64,000 nt of DNA, taken from Eledone cirrhosa. Lineage: Eukaryota. The position numbers and the translations under genes are program-made. The DNA lies in NCBI GenBank assembly GCA_964016885.1, contig OZ024747.1:65534001-65598000 (forward strand), given 5' to 3'. A model generated the notes under the pieces. That model ran no database searches, had not been told where the DNA came from, and saw only the letters and a program-made list of their open reading frames with translations. Positions 1-13,439 of this stretch are shown piece after piece; the first letter of the stretch is position 1, and every line of letters begins with the position of its first letter.

Positions 1-357
1 ACCACCACACTGTCACTTCATCTCACCTCACCTCCAGATAAACACACCACCACCACACCTCACCTCACCATACATCTTGACAAAGAGATCACAGCACCAC
101 CCCTTTAGACAAACACACCACCGCACTATACCTATTTGGCAGAGGATTGGTGTTTTAGATCTTTCTCTTTGCAGTAGAAAGGTGGTAAGGTTTGGCTGAG
201 TGAACCAACTGGTTGGATGCTTTAAACTGTATGAAGAGTTTATATATCAAAGGAATAAGCTGATATTTTTTAAGTTTGCTACCGAAAACCAATGTTTATC
301 ATTCTCTGATAAAAGACAGATAAAAATTCCCATTTTGATCTCTCTCTCTCTGTCTCT

Positions 358-426
<69 letters not shown>

Positions 427-647
427 TAGCAGTAGTACCCAACATTGAATGCTGAATGTGAAGAAAGAGAATTATTTTTGTTGTTGTTAAACTTAAATGA
501 CTTAAAGTACTTTACACACAACCATTCACATACACACACACTCATGCTAGTGTGGAAAAATGGACATTAAACAGTGATGATGATGATATATCTATCTATA
601 TATATATATATATCTATATATATATATATATATAAATATATATATAT

Positions 648-863
648 AACAATGTTGTCTCTCATCAAGACGAAGTGAGAGTGTATTTTGATTGAATTCA
701 TATAAAAATGTGAAAATTCATCGCTAGAACAGCCATTAAAACAGCTAAATGCCGTCAAAGACAATGTTCAGCAAAAATGCCTTAAAGGACAGAGACCAGC
801 AGCCAGTGGTCAACAGAGAGACAATCCACAAGGCAGTTTGTCTCGATCTGAGACAACATTGTT
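648..863. mobile_element. Short MITE-like element with ~24-bp imperfect terminal inverted repeats
   Basis: AACAATGTTGTCTCtcATCaAGAC at the left end matches the reverse complement of GTCTcGATctGAGACAACATTGTT at the right end. Confidence 0.6.
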
Positions 864-1831
864 TTAACTTTTCATAGCTATGATTAGCTTTCTATTTATG
901 GCAGACACCACACCTTAAAGTCCATATAAAGTGGTTGATATTCAAACAGACAATTTATGGTAAAGAGGACTCTTTTGTCTCGTAAAGGACACGACAACCT
1001 CTCTAGTACTAGAGTCATTATAAAATGTTCCCAGTACACACTGTAAAGTGTTAGGAATGTCATCCAGCCATAGAGATTCTGCCAAAACAGGAACATACAA
1101 AATAGATGTGGTTCTCTCAAACCATTTAGGATGGCAGTAACTCCAAATAAAAACTGACTGGGACCATGACAATCCCTCCAACCCATGCTAACATGAAATG
1201 CAGATATAAAAATGATAAAAAGACAATGGTGATGAATTGGCAGTATCAGTAAAGCATCAGACAATATGCTTTACAGCATTGAGTTATGGATCTTTATGTT
1301 CTGATTTCAAATACCACCAAGGTTAGCTTTGCCTTTCATCATTATAGGGTCAATAAAATAAATCACCAGTTATGCCTTGGGCTCAATTTAATTGACTTTC
1401 CTCTCCTCCAAAATTGGTAACTATGTGCCTAAACCAAAAACCATTATGGAGAGACATTATACTGCATTTAATAAACTCCACTTAACCCTTTTGATACCAA
1501 CCTGCCTGAAACCTCCACTGGTTATGTGGTAGTGGTACAAAACTTTCAACTTTAACATATTTATAACCTTCAAACACAATTTTATATCAGAACTATTTAT
1601 CGGCTTACTAATAAAAAAATTATTTATTTTACGAAATTACGCCAAATTTAAGATTATTTTCAATATTATTTGAAAATCATAGATTATGTCTTTCATTAGA
1701 AATAGGACAACAAAAGAGTTAAACAACAGTGAAAATAACAGCCCTTCTCCAATAATTATTATATGTACAACATTGAAACCAGAACTACATGCTTGTGAGG
1801 CAAACCTTAACCACACAGTCAAACCTTTGCA

Positions 1832-2065
1832 ATTAACCCTTTTGATACTAAACCATCTGAAACTGCTCATGATTCTACGAATGTTTCATATTTATTTTTA
1901 AAAACCCTTTCATCATAATTATATAAGAAAACGTTTGTTAAGTTATGTTCCAAGCCAACTTAGTAATGTGAAAATTAATTATTTTACTTAATTTTTCCAA
2001 ATTTCTGGTTATTTGAAAGACATAGGAAGTGTATTTCATTAGAAATTTGGTAATGGAAAGGTTAA
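1832..2065. mobile_element. TTAA-flanked piggyBac-like MITE, family 1 (related copies ~1482, 22211-22655 tandem pair, 32500-32706, 40030-40225, 61900-62145)
   Basis: TTAA-CCCTTT...GTAATGGAAAGG-TTAA ends; internal sequence shared among copies. Confidence 0.65.
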
Positions 2066-2394
2066 AAAAATGTCTGCCTGAAAGGGTGAACAAAGGGTCA
2101 ACATTGATTTACGTCTTGACATTTATTTTATTGTTGGCTGATTCAATTAGTTTATTGATTCTCAGTAACGGTTTGTCACCAGTGATTAGTTTCATGAATA
2201 ATGGTCTGAACGTCCAGGGAATCGAGCAACATTCATGTCAGATCATTAAACTCTCAAAGAAGTGTATATAATTATTTTTTGTAATGGTGTAAACCTGCAA
2301 TTCCTCATGGAGTCATATGGGTGCCATAGTGACTTGCTGTATGTTTTGGATATTCTGAACCTGAGGGAGCACATCCTTTCACCCTGTCTGATCA

Positions 2395-2910
2395 CAGACA
2401 ATTTCTTTCAGAAACATATTTTCATACTCAGAGTTGCTGAAACATGGAACAAACTACCTGCATCAGTTGTTAGCTGTCAGGATACTGCATCCTTCAAAAC
2501 TTCCATGCTTCCCGAAATTCGCCAACACTGCACCTGATATGCCCCCTCCATACTCACACATGCATGTGTGTGTCTGTGTGTATATCATGACTCATATGCT
2601 GTTCACTTTCCTGACTTTTGTACATTATTCTATGTACAAAGGGCGGTGAATTGGCAGTATCGGTAGAGGGTCGGACGCCATGCCTTCCAACATAGTTATG
2701 CCCCTTTATGGTCTGAGTTCAAATCCCACCGAGGTTAAGTCTGCCTTTCATCCTTACGGGATCAATAAAATAAAGTACCAGTAATACACTGGGATAATTT
2801 CTGGCCTTGTGCCAATAGTAGAAACAATTATTCTATGTACTATATATGCATCTTTGATGAGTTGTAGTGCACCTGAACACTATACACAATAATTTTCATT
2901 ATTATTATCA
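2395..2910 (+). mobile_element. CR1/L2-type LINE 3' fragment interrupted by a SINE
   Basis: Translates to FFQKHIFILRVAETWNKLPASVVSCQDTASFK, like the CR1 ORF2 C-terminal RV...WN.LP..VV.....FK motif. The 3' UTR resumes after the SINE and ends in (ATT)n. Confidence 0.7.
2638..2826 (+). mobile_element. tRNA-derived SINE family A, full length with 14-bp TSD
   Basis: Pol III A/B-box-like head (TGGCAGTATCGG...GAGTTCAAATCC) and core GCCTTTCATCCTTACGGG.TC.ATAAAATAAAGTACC. TSD ATTATTCTATGTAC at 2624-2637 and 2827-2840. Confidence 0.85.
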
Positions 2911-3133
2911 AGAAGAAAAAGTAAGAGTGTGATAGAGAAGAAGTGAGAAAGACATATAGAGAAAGAATTGACCCCAATATTGAACTCGGTACATTTTTAT
3001 CAACCTCAAATGGATGTAAGGCAAAGTTGGCCTTGGCAGGTTTTGAACAAAGAACACAGAGAGCAGGAACAACTACCACAATGCAATATATTCAGTGACT
3101 GCCACTTGCCCACCTTGTATATAATCATACACT

Positions 3134-3176
<43 letters not shown>

Positions 3177-3758
3177 TAGATTGAGTTATAAACTCAAAAT
3201 AGTCTTTTACAATTAAATGGCTCAAAGAAGGGAATCTTTCTGAGCTGTGTAATATAATTAGATCCTTTGAAGTGAAAGGTACAAATTTTCCTGGATACCC
3301 GCAGATGAGCACAGGAATTCTGGCTTTCACTTAATAATTCTTGCGAAACAGATTTTGGTCTGTTTGGGTATCAAAGGCTATTGCCCGATATAGGTTTGTT
3401 ATTTTTATTGATTTATTACTTTAAATCGAGTCAGGCAAACCATATTGTTTTAAATTAGTATTTTTTCAACCTAGCTAACTTGGTCTTCTGCAATTGGAAC
3501 ACATGTATAGTTATATCTGTGTTCACCCCTCTCATATATCCAATTATATATATATATATTTTTTTATTTTTTTATAAACAATAAAGTTCCGTTTACATGT
3601 ATTAAGATTTACATGTGCATTTCACGGAGGATTGACTCAGAGTCACCCATGAGAGTTATGAACCCGACTCCAGTATCGATCATGCTCTTCAGACTGGTGA
3701 TGTAACAAAAAATATAGTGTTTCGTACCACCACCAGCAATTCACTGTATCACCTACAC

Positions 3759-3792
<34 letters not shown>

Positions 3793-3859
3793 TTCTTATA
3801 GAAATAAATTATATGAATAGACATAATTGTTATATAAAGTAAAAATTAATAAAAGTATG

Positions 3860-4695
3860 ACAGGGTAAGAACGGGATGGAAGAAGTTTAGGGAACTACTA
3901 CCACTGCTAGCTGCAAAAGGCTTCTCCCTCAGAATGAAAGGCAGACTGTATGATGCGTGTATCCGAACAGCGATGTTGCATGGTAGTGAGACCTGGGCGC
4001 TGAAGGTGGAAGACTTACGTAGATTAGAGAGAAACGAAGCCTGCATGCTCCGATGGATGTGTAACAGTAATATACGTGAACGAAAAAGCATAAATGAATT
4101 GAGAGAGAGACTGAGCATAAGAGGAATCAAATGCTGTGTGCAGGAGAGGCGGTTGCACTACTATGGACATGTGATGCGTATGAAGGATGACAGCTGCATA
4201 AAAAGGTGCAGAGCACTAGAAGTTGATGGGAACCGCGGAGTGGGGAGACCCAAGATGACCTGGGATGAGGTGATAAAAGCCGACCTTACCCAACTACACC
4301 TCTCAAAGTCAATGACACACGACCGTGACTTCTGGCGTCACGCAGTAATACAGAGTACCCGACCTCCATGGGTACATGCTGAAGCATATAAACAATATGC
4401 CCCCACACCCCCCACCGCAAGGTGGTCGTGGAGGTGCCACGGCAAAAAAGCACCCAGCCCACACTGTAAAGTGGACGTGTAGGCGCCACGAAAAAGCACC
4501 CAGCACTCACTGTAAATGAGGTTGGTGTTAGGAAGGGCATCAAGCTGTAGAAATCAAGCCAGATCAGTTCCTGTATGAGCAAGGCATGGTCAGCCGACCA
4601 GACACTGCACACAACAGGACAACCCGTCTAACCCATGCTAGCGTGGAAGAACGGACGTAAAACGGTGATGATGATGATGATGATGATGATGATGA
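3860..4695 (+). mobile_element. RTE-clade LINE, 5'-truncated (ORF C-terminus, 3' UTR, (GAT)n tail)
   Basis: KGRLYDACIRTAMLHGSETW...RRLHYYGHVMRM...GRPKMTW motifs. Confidence 0.92.
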
Positions 4696-5026
4696 CAATT
4701 TTAAAATAGAAATATAAAAAATATAGGTTTTAAGTGCAATATAAAATCATATAAGTAGGATTTGGTTGATATAGTGTACAAAATAAACTGCAAATTTTAA
4801 TAGATTGTTGAATATATAAGACTTAGATACTAACCAAAGGGTCATTTAAAATTAATATTGCACCTGCCATATCCCAAAATGAACCAAGAGTTCAGATGAA
4901 AGAATTTGATTACACTAAAGATAAATGCACACAGACATATATATATTAATATAGACATACACACATAAATTTTTAATAGTGGTTGTTTAGGTTGAAGTTT
5001 CATGAATATGGATTTCTCAAAATAAT

Positions 5027-5211
5027 TGTTTCTACTTTTGGCACAAGGCCAGCAAATACCCAGTGTATTACTGGTACTTTATTTTATCGACCCCGTAAGG
5101 ATGAAAGGCAAAGTTAACCTCGGCGGGATTTGAACTCAGACCGCAAAGGGACGTAACTATGCTGGAAAGCATGGCGTCCGACCCTCTACCGATACTGCCA
5201 ATCCACCGCCC
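5027..5211 (-). mobile_element. SINE family A, full length with 14-bp TSD (other copies ~1240, 5790, 12210, 14480, 15460, 15760, 28958, 29520, 40860, 47131, 51345, 52505, 52804, 62140, 63760)
   Basis: Reverse complement of the 2638 element; TSD TTTCTCAAAATAAT at 5013-5026 and 5212-5225. Confidence 0.85.
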
Positions 5212-5406
5212 TTTCTCAAAATAATATCAGTGAAACTTCAAAGAAAATAGTCACTAGAAATATAAATATTTTGACCCTACACACAGTATTTGAGTCCATT
5301 CAGTGCATATTTTGTGTGTTTAAGTACACACACCTATGAGACATGCACACACACACACACACACACCTATGAAACACGCACATACATACACACACACACA
5401 CACACA

Positions 5407-5546
5407 ATTATGGCTAAGTGATGAGTCTTGTTACTCTGAAGTTTCACCTGTGTACTTAAAGGATCATAAGACAAGCTCTAGTTTGATGATCCTGTGAGCA
5501 CATAGGTCAAAATTCAGTGTAACAAGACTCACTACTTAGCCATAAT
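5407..5546. mobile_element. Fold-back element made of two head-to-head degenerate hammerhead motifs (Penelope-like pLTR remnant)
   Basis: Imperfect arms of ~65 bp. Minus strand reads CTTGT CTtATGA tCCT..AGGt GAAA CTtcagAG TA ACAAG. Confidence 0.6.
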
Positions 5547-7244
5547 AAAGAATATTTAAACTATTTTGGCATTGAGTACTCATTCTCACGTCGATCAATA
5601 TCGCACACATATATATAATGTATATAAGGGATGATCCAAAGTATTAACTTGAAATGAAGAAATATTTTGGAGAGCAACTCATTCATAACACCGATGTACT
5701 TAAAGAGATGTGAAAATACATGTATCGAATGTCTGGTTTGACTACTCTATTAATAACAACTAAATTTATAACTTAATAAGTTTCGTGGAAGGGTTTATTT
5801 ATTGACCCCGTAAGTATCAAAGGTAAAGCTGACCTTGGCAGGATTTGAACTCAGAATGTAAAGAGACAACTCTATGCAGCAAAGCATGTTGTCTGATGCT
5901 CTGCCAATCCACCACCCTCCACACATTTATGATAATAATAGTTGTAGCCAAACCAACAACAAAGTACAAGATATTTCTTCCAACACCCAACCATTCCACT
6001 TGTTTATCATAAAACATCTAACTAAATCAACAACAAATATAAAACAACAGTTTTAAATATCTTAAATCACAAAAACTTTACTTTATCATCAATAAATTGA
6101 AATTTCTTCCTTTTAAAATGTGAAATTGCTTCAAGTGAAAAAAAACAACAAAAACGAAATGATGATAATTAAACAAAAAAAAAACATTTTTTAAAAATTT
6201 CTTCCCATTACAATTATTCTCAGACAAAGATTTTTGAATCAAAGAATTAAATTACTTGCACTCTTTTGTACATCTATATAGTTCTTTCTATATTTCTTCT
6301 ATTTGAAAATATCTCGACAAACATGAATCCTAAACTTTAAAAAGACAAAATTCTAAAACCTCATTTACTTGTTTTAAAAACTACATGTGTGCGTGTTTGT
6401 GCACATGTTTGTGTGTGCATGTGCATACGCATGTGTGTGCATATGCATGTGTGTGCATGTGTGTGTGTTTGTTTTTAAATATAAAAGGCAGCCTAGATTG
6501 GTAAAATATACAGTATAAAAGGGAAAAAACTTTCAATCATAAATTTAGCAGCCGACGGTTATTTCAATTTTGACATTTCAAATATTGTTAAAGAAATCGA
6601 ATTCCCTTGGTAACAAGTCCAACTATATTGGAAAATTTGTCAGAGAGTAAATTGTTCACTTTTTTTCTTAAAAATAAACATTTCTGTTAAAAGACAACCA
6701 GAAATTATTTAATTATTGTAGGTGGGTATCGTAATATAGTCTTTTGTAGTTTTACTCTTTTCAGTCCATCAACTACATCTATGTTGGGACACAGTCTTCA
6801 AAGATCTTCTTCAGAATTAGTCATTTAGTTTACATATTGAGACCCCACCTATCCTATTTATTTTATAATGTATAGGATTTCTAGTAGTGTAGTATTTTTC
6901 TGTCATGTATAATGTTTTTTGATGTCTAAAGAAAATTAAGTGTCACAGAAATGTTACCACTTAAAGTAAAATTTCACCAGAGATACATTAACAAAATTTA
7001 ATAAACGGGGGGGAAACTGAAAAATTAATAAACGGTGGAGTGAGGGACGCTTATTCAAGACCCGAGAGTATAAGCTGTCACAATATTCAGCAACAGGTTC
7101 ATAACTTTTAAGTTATTTGTTACTTTAGACAAAGATATTTTTTTTAGTTGAGGTAAACTACTGATTTATTGGCAAGAAATAGCTTCTATATTTCTTTGTC
7201 TGGTTTTTAATTTATTTTGATTAATTTTTGTCTCGTTTTCTTTT

Positions 7245-7315
<71 letters not shown>

Positions 7316-7740
7316 GTTGGCAAAGAGAAACATTTGTTGTTTCTAATTCTACTTACAACCATTTGTGTAATTTTAAGCACACTACAAGTGATGGAAATCT
7401 TGGCACTTGTGGAATTTCTTCCATTAGAGGTCAAGAAAAGTGTCCAAGAATTGTCTCGTAAAACTGTCTACACATCAGCTTTGATTTGTTTCTCTCTCTC
7501 TCTCCACCATATTTAGCTTTTATTGTTGTTGTTGTCTCTCCACCTTATTTAGCTTTTGTTGTTGTTGTCTCTCTCTCTTTCCACCTTATTTAGCCAGTGT
7601 TGTTGTTTCTTCATCAATTACTCATCAGCCTCTTCACCTACTTTCTTCTGTCTTTTGTTTACTGTTAAACTAAGTGCCACACAATATGGTGCACCTGTTT
7701 ACTGTTAAACTAAGAGCTACACAATATTATGTAGTTTTTT

Positions 7741-9505
7741 GTTATTCTGAGAGACTAACAACATGGTATGGTACAATCTGGTGTTATTCTGAGAGACTAA
7801 CAACATGGAACAATCTGGTGTTATTCTAAGAGACTAACAACATGGAACAATCTGGTGTTATTCTGAGAGACTAACAACTTGGAACAATCTGGTGTTATTC
7901 TGAGAGACTAACAACATGGAACAATCTGGTGTTATTCTGAGAAACTAACAACATGGAACAGTCTGGTGTTATTCTGAGAGACTAACAACATGGAACAATC
8001 TGGTGTTATTCTGAGAGACTAACAACATGGAACAATCTGGTGTTATTCTGAGAGACTAACAACATGGAACAGTCTGGTGTTATTCTGAGAGACTAACAAC
8101 ATGGAACAGTCTGGTGTTATTCTGAGAGACTAACAACATGATACAATCTGGTGTTATTCTGAGAGACTAACAACATGATACAATCTGGTGTTATTCTGAG
8201 AGACTAACAACATGGAACAGTCTGGTGTTATTCAGAGAGACTAACAACATGGAACAATCTGGTGTTATTCTGAGAGACTAACAACATGGAACAGTCTGGT
8301 GTTATTCTGAGAGACTAACAACATGGAACAGTCTGGTGTTATTCTGAGAGACTAACAACATGGAACAGTCTGGTGTTATTCTGAGAGACTAACAACATGG
8401 AACAGTCTGGTGTTATTCTGAGAGACTAACAACATGGAACAGTCTGGTGTTATTCTGAGAGACTAACAACATGGTACAATCTGGTGTTATTCTGAGAGAC
8501 TAACAACATGATACAATCTGGTGTTATTCTGAGAGACTAACAACATGATACAATCTGGTGTTATTCTGAGAGACTAACAACATGATACAATCTGGTGTTA
8601 TTCTAAGAGACTAACAACATGGTACAATCTGGTGTTATTCTGAGAGACTAACAACTTGGAACAATCTGGTGTTATTCTGAGAGACTAACAACATGGAACA
8701 GTCTGGTGTTATTCTGAGAGACTAACAACATGGAACAGTCTGGTGTTATTCTGAGAGACTAACAACATGGAACAATCTGGTGTTATTCTGAGAGACTAAC
8801 AACATGGAACAGTCTGGTGTTATTCTGAGAGACTAACAACATGGAACAGTCTGGTGTTATTCTGAGAGACTAACAACATGGAACAGTTTGGTGTTATTCT
8901 GAGAGACTAACAACATGGTACAATCTGGTGTTATTCTGAGAGACTAACAACATGGAACAGTCTGGTGTTATTCTGAGAGACTAACAACATGGAACAGTCT
9001 GGTGTTATTCTGAGAGACTAACAACATGGTACAATCTGGTGTTATTCTGAGAGACTAACAACATGATACAATCTGGTGTTATTCTGAGAGACTAACAACA
9101 TGATACAATCTGGTGTTATTCTGAGAGACTAACAACATGATACAATCTGGTGTTATTCTAAGAGACTAACAACATGGTACAATCTGGTGTTATTCTGAGA
9201 GACTAACAACTTGGAACAATCTGGTGTTATTCTGAGAGACTAACAACATGGAACAGTCTGGTGTTATTCTGAGAGACTAACAACATGGAACAGTCTGGTG
9301 TTATTCTGAGAGACTAACAACATGGAACAATCTGGTGTTATTCTGAGAGACTAACAACATGGAACAGTCTGGTGTTATTCTGAGAGACTAACAACATGGA
9401 ACAGTCTGGTGTTATTCTGAGAGACTAACAACATGGAACAGTTTGGTGTTATTCTGAGAGATTAACAACATGGAACAGTCTGGTTACTGCTATTCTGAGA
9501 GTCTC
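7741..9505. repeat. 37-bp minisatellite, ~47 copies (GTTATTCTGAGAGACTAACAACATGGAACAATCTGGT)
   Basis: Direct period count; no spacers. Confidence 0.97.
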
Positions 9506-10342
9506 ACAACATTATGAAGTGTATATGGCTATCTGTAGACACACATGTGGCTAGAAATAACACACACTAAGGCCAAATAAACACACAATTTTCAGTTTGA
9601 ACAAAAGAAGTGATGTAGTAACTACATAGCCACAACTGTACCTATATATACAACTAGGATAGTTTTCAATATGCTGACACGCACGTGTGTATGTGCATAT
9701 GCATACATTTATATGTATGAGTACAAAAATATAAGCGTACAAACACAGACACACAAAAATACACCTCACAGACATACATTCACACAAACACACATACACT
9801 CACACACAGCGTAGCAAATGGAACGCCAACCGTTGTTTTTGCTATAGTTTTGTCACCATCCCCTCCCTTCCTTTTTTCACATATTTTCACGCAGAATGTA
9901 TGACGAACAGACGGAAGTCACTCAAATTTATATATATAGATACATTTGTGTGGCACCTTGTGCAAATGTCTTCTACTGTAGCCTTGGGATGACCAATGCC
10001 TTGTGAGTGAACTTAATATAGGAAAACTGTAAGGAAGCCCATCATATATATAATTTGTTTCCCAGTTTCCATAAATATCATATAGACACCATTTATAAAG
10101 GTAGTAACATTGTTTATGTCCACTATAAGCAATAAATTGTGAAGCATAGCGGGTCAATAAATATTACTGGTATATAGCTAACACCATACTTAAAAAGTAA
10201 GATATGCTTTGGTATAAGTTAGAACATTTGATTGTAGAAAACCTGCCTTAAATAGTCTCACCCAAGCATAGAGAAAGCGAACATAAAACAGTTAATATGT
10301 ATATATATATATGTGTATGCATAAATGTGTATATATACACAT

Positions 10343-10642
10343 GGAGGCACATGGCTTAGTGGTTAGAGCATTGGCCTTGCAATCGAAAGGTTGTGAGTTC
10401 AATTCTCAGACCGGGTGATGTGTTGTTTCCTTGAGCAAGACACTTTATTTCACATTGCTCCAGTTTACTCAGCTGTAGAAATGAGATGATAGGGACTGGG
10501 GTCCCTATCATTCCACTGCAAAATAGCACCCAGCACTCACTGTAAATGAGGTTGGTGTTAGGAAGGGCATCCAGCTGTAGAAATCAAGCCAGAATCAGTT
10601 CCTGTCCCACCCTTGCAAGCAGGGAAAAGTGGACGTAAAATG
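10343..10642 (+). mobile_element. tRNA-headed CORE-like SINE family B with an RTE-derived 3' tail (similar copy 50403-50735; related heads ~21500-, 24945+, 39700-, 44900-, 52060+, 63130-)
   Basis: A box TGGCTTAGTGG, B box GAGTTCAATTC, CORE-like CCTTGAGCAAGACACTTT...CTCAGCTGTAGAAATG. The 3' part is shared with the RTE 3' UTR at 4495-4660. Confidence 0.8.
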
Positions 10643-11034
10643 AAAAAAAAAAAAAATACATACACATATATACATACAAAATATGAACAGTGCGACAGGG
10701 CTGACACTAGTCATGTTAGTGCTGTACATGGTAGTGGTGTGGTGTAGCTAGAGATCCAATCCATGCAAGTGTGGTAAAGCGGACGTAAAAACGATGATGA
10801 TATATATATATGATATATCTTACTACTAATCATATCTAATGTTTCTTCTCTCTTCATAATATATATATGTTTGGTGTTAGTGGTGTTAGGAAGGGCATCT
10901 AGCTGTAAAAATCCTGGCCAAATTTACAGCTCCGTCTGAACAAGGTACAACGCAGCCAATCTGGCCAGAATTGTCTCATGACATGGACACCCCATCTAAC
11001 CCATGCAAGCATGGAAAATGGAGATTAAGTGATG

Positions 11035-11071
<37 letters not shown>

Positions 11072-11316
11072 GATATATTAACAAATGGAAACTACATTTA
11101 TAAAACCATATTTATTTCATTATACATATTTCAAGGACACCAAGTTAAATTATGGTGTGCTTTCATCAGATAAAATATAATATAGATCAGTTTTATAAAT
11201 AAATATTGACATACCCTTAAAGAATGCGACCACTCCAATAATTTGTTGAGTGCTTTATATCAGTTATAAAAATATTTGCTTGTTGTAAATAGAACTTCTA
11301 CATTTCTATATATATG

Positions 11317-12170
11317 TAGTTAAAAAAGAAGAGTAACATGGTTGGCTGTACAATAAGGGCTTTATCAAACGCCCTGTCAGCCCATAAATATCATACATCA
11401 ATTAATCTCTAATTTATTGTCTTTCCTTTATCGGACCCTCCACACAAATTTATCTACATCTCAAATCTGGTTTCTCATGTTAGCACCAAAAAACACTTCC
11501 TCAAAAACTACTAAAACCTAATTCTACGTACACTCTCTCTTTTATTTCTTTTATTTATTTGTATTCTCCATTTCCTCATTTTCTTCTTCTTATTATTATT
11601 TTTTAATGTACCCTATCTTATATTTTACTTTTTTTACATCTGTAACTTCTCTATCTACCTACCATACATGTTTTACTATCGATGTTATTGTTTTAATTAT
11701 ACGCTATTTTATTATTGATGTTATTGTTTTAATTATACGCTATTTTATTATTGATGTTATTGTTTTGGTGTTACGCTACTTTTCTATATAAGTCTTGCCT
11801 CGAGTGAACTATTTTCATATCTATGTGCTCTGATGTGTTGACCTGAGGTGAATAATGTATTGGAGATCGAGTGACGCAACCCCAAACGATTAGCGAACTC
11901 TAGACCCACATGATCAACGAAACAATTGTCAGTACTTTAAATAAAGTCCGTATTGTACAGCCAACCATGTTACTCTTCTTTCTTTAACTATTATTACTCC
12001 AAGTATAACCTGCATAGAAATTACTGCGAACTCGCTGCATCACTATGGAAACATCTTGTTGAGTCAAACAGAGCCGTACATTAAAACTATCCACGACGTG
12101 GAGTACTCTAACTGGATTACCTCTAACTGGATTACCTCTAACTGGATTACCTATAACGATAACTTGTTAT
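11317..12170 (+). mobile_element. Penelope-like element 3' remnant with an inverted pLTR piece at its 5' end
   Basis: 11317-11365 is an inverted copy of 11940-11990. A degenerate ORF end LVS.C*HQK.HFLKNY* lies at ~11467-11514, followed by a hammerhead motif. Confidence 0.7.
11825..11935 (+). ncRNA. Type I hammerhead ribozyme motif (one core substitution)
   Basis: Stem I GTGCT/AGTAC; CTGATGt (A9 to T); stem II GTTGA...TCAAC with a long loop; GAAA; palindromic stem III ACAATTGT; GUC cleavage site at 11928-11930. Confidence 0.7.
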
Positions 12171-12500
12171 CCCATATATATGTATATAATATATATATAT
12201 ATATGTAATTGTTTCTACTTTTGGCACAAGGCCAGCAATTACCCAGTGCATTACTGGTACTTTAACGTTAACGCAAAGTTAACCTCAGCAGGATTTGAAC
12301 TCAGAATGGCAAGAGCCATAATAACCAAATGAAAAGATATATGTATATATACATATATCTTTTCATTTGTGTGTGTATATATAATAGTGGAGTAGTCCAC
12401 TATTATATATACACACTTCTCACCTGTATAAAAAGAATTGTAGAAATTATAGATGGATTTGATTTAAAAACCTTAGTTTCTTCAATTTAAATATAAATAT

Positions 12501-12567
<67 letters not shown>

Positions 12568-12763
12568 TTCAAAATATTAATAAATATAGACATTCATGTG
12601 ATCAAATATATATAATAAAATATATTTGATCAGATGAATGTCTATCTTTATTAATATTTTGAATTAATATTAATAACTCCAGAAAACTTTCTTTGTTGAG
12701 TGCTTCTAATCTATTGTAAAACTATATTCATTGATTAATCAATGAACTTTGTTTAACTTTTGG

Positions 12764-12800
<37 letters not shown>

Positions 12801-12982
12801 CACACATATTTACATATATCGTCTGTTTTAGGTTTGCTTTCTCTCTATACATACATATGTAAACACACAGATACATATACATGTGATGTGTGTGTTTCTT
12901 TAACAATGACTATTACAAAGTTATAACTCCATTACAACCTCTACAGCTTTTTCAAAAACCACATACACATACACACAAATGT

Positions 12983-13035
<53 letters not shown>

Positions 13036-13059
13036 TACATATATACATACAAACAAATG

Positions 13060-13105
<46 letters not shown>

Positions 13106-13128
13106 TACATATAAACACATACTAACAA

Positions 13129-13187
<59 letters not shown>

Positions 13188-13439
13188 TACATATATACAT
13201 ACAAACAAATGTATATATAAATATATATATATATATACACACACACGCGTTTATATATATATATATGTGTATATGTGTGTGTGTGTAAACATACTTTATT
13301 TCATTTTCCCTAATGTCTTTGTTTTGTTTGTTGTTACTGTTGTTGTTGTTGTCTCTTGCAGCTAAAACTGTAATCAGAAACTTACAAAGAAACAGAATTG
13401 AATTTATTCAACCTCATCTCAACACCAAGTCTTCTTCTT

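Noticed and set aside
3600-3690. Possible minus-strand hammerhead (CTGAAGA GCATGA…TCATG…GTC)
   Set aside because: GAAA and the 3' strand of stem I are not conserved; too degenerate to call.
7347-7468. Possible minus-strand exon ending in GTAAGT (…SITCSVLKITQMV)
   Set aside because: No polypyrimidine acceptor and no similarity to the expected next CFAP65 segment.
7741-9505. CRISPR-like appearance of the 37-bp repeat array
   Set aside because: Units are contiguous with no unique spacers, there are no cas genes, and the context is a eukaryotic intron.
10343-10415. tRNA-like sequences at SINE heads
   Set aside because: Only the A/B boxes are retained, with no full cloverleaf, and each is followed by a SINE core.
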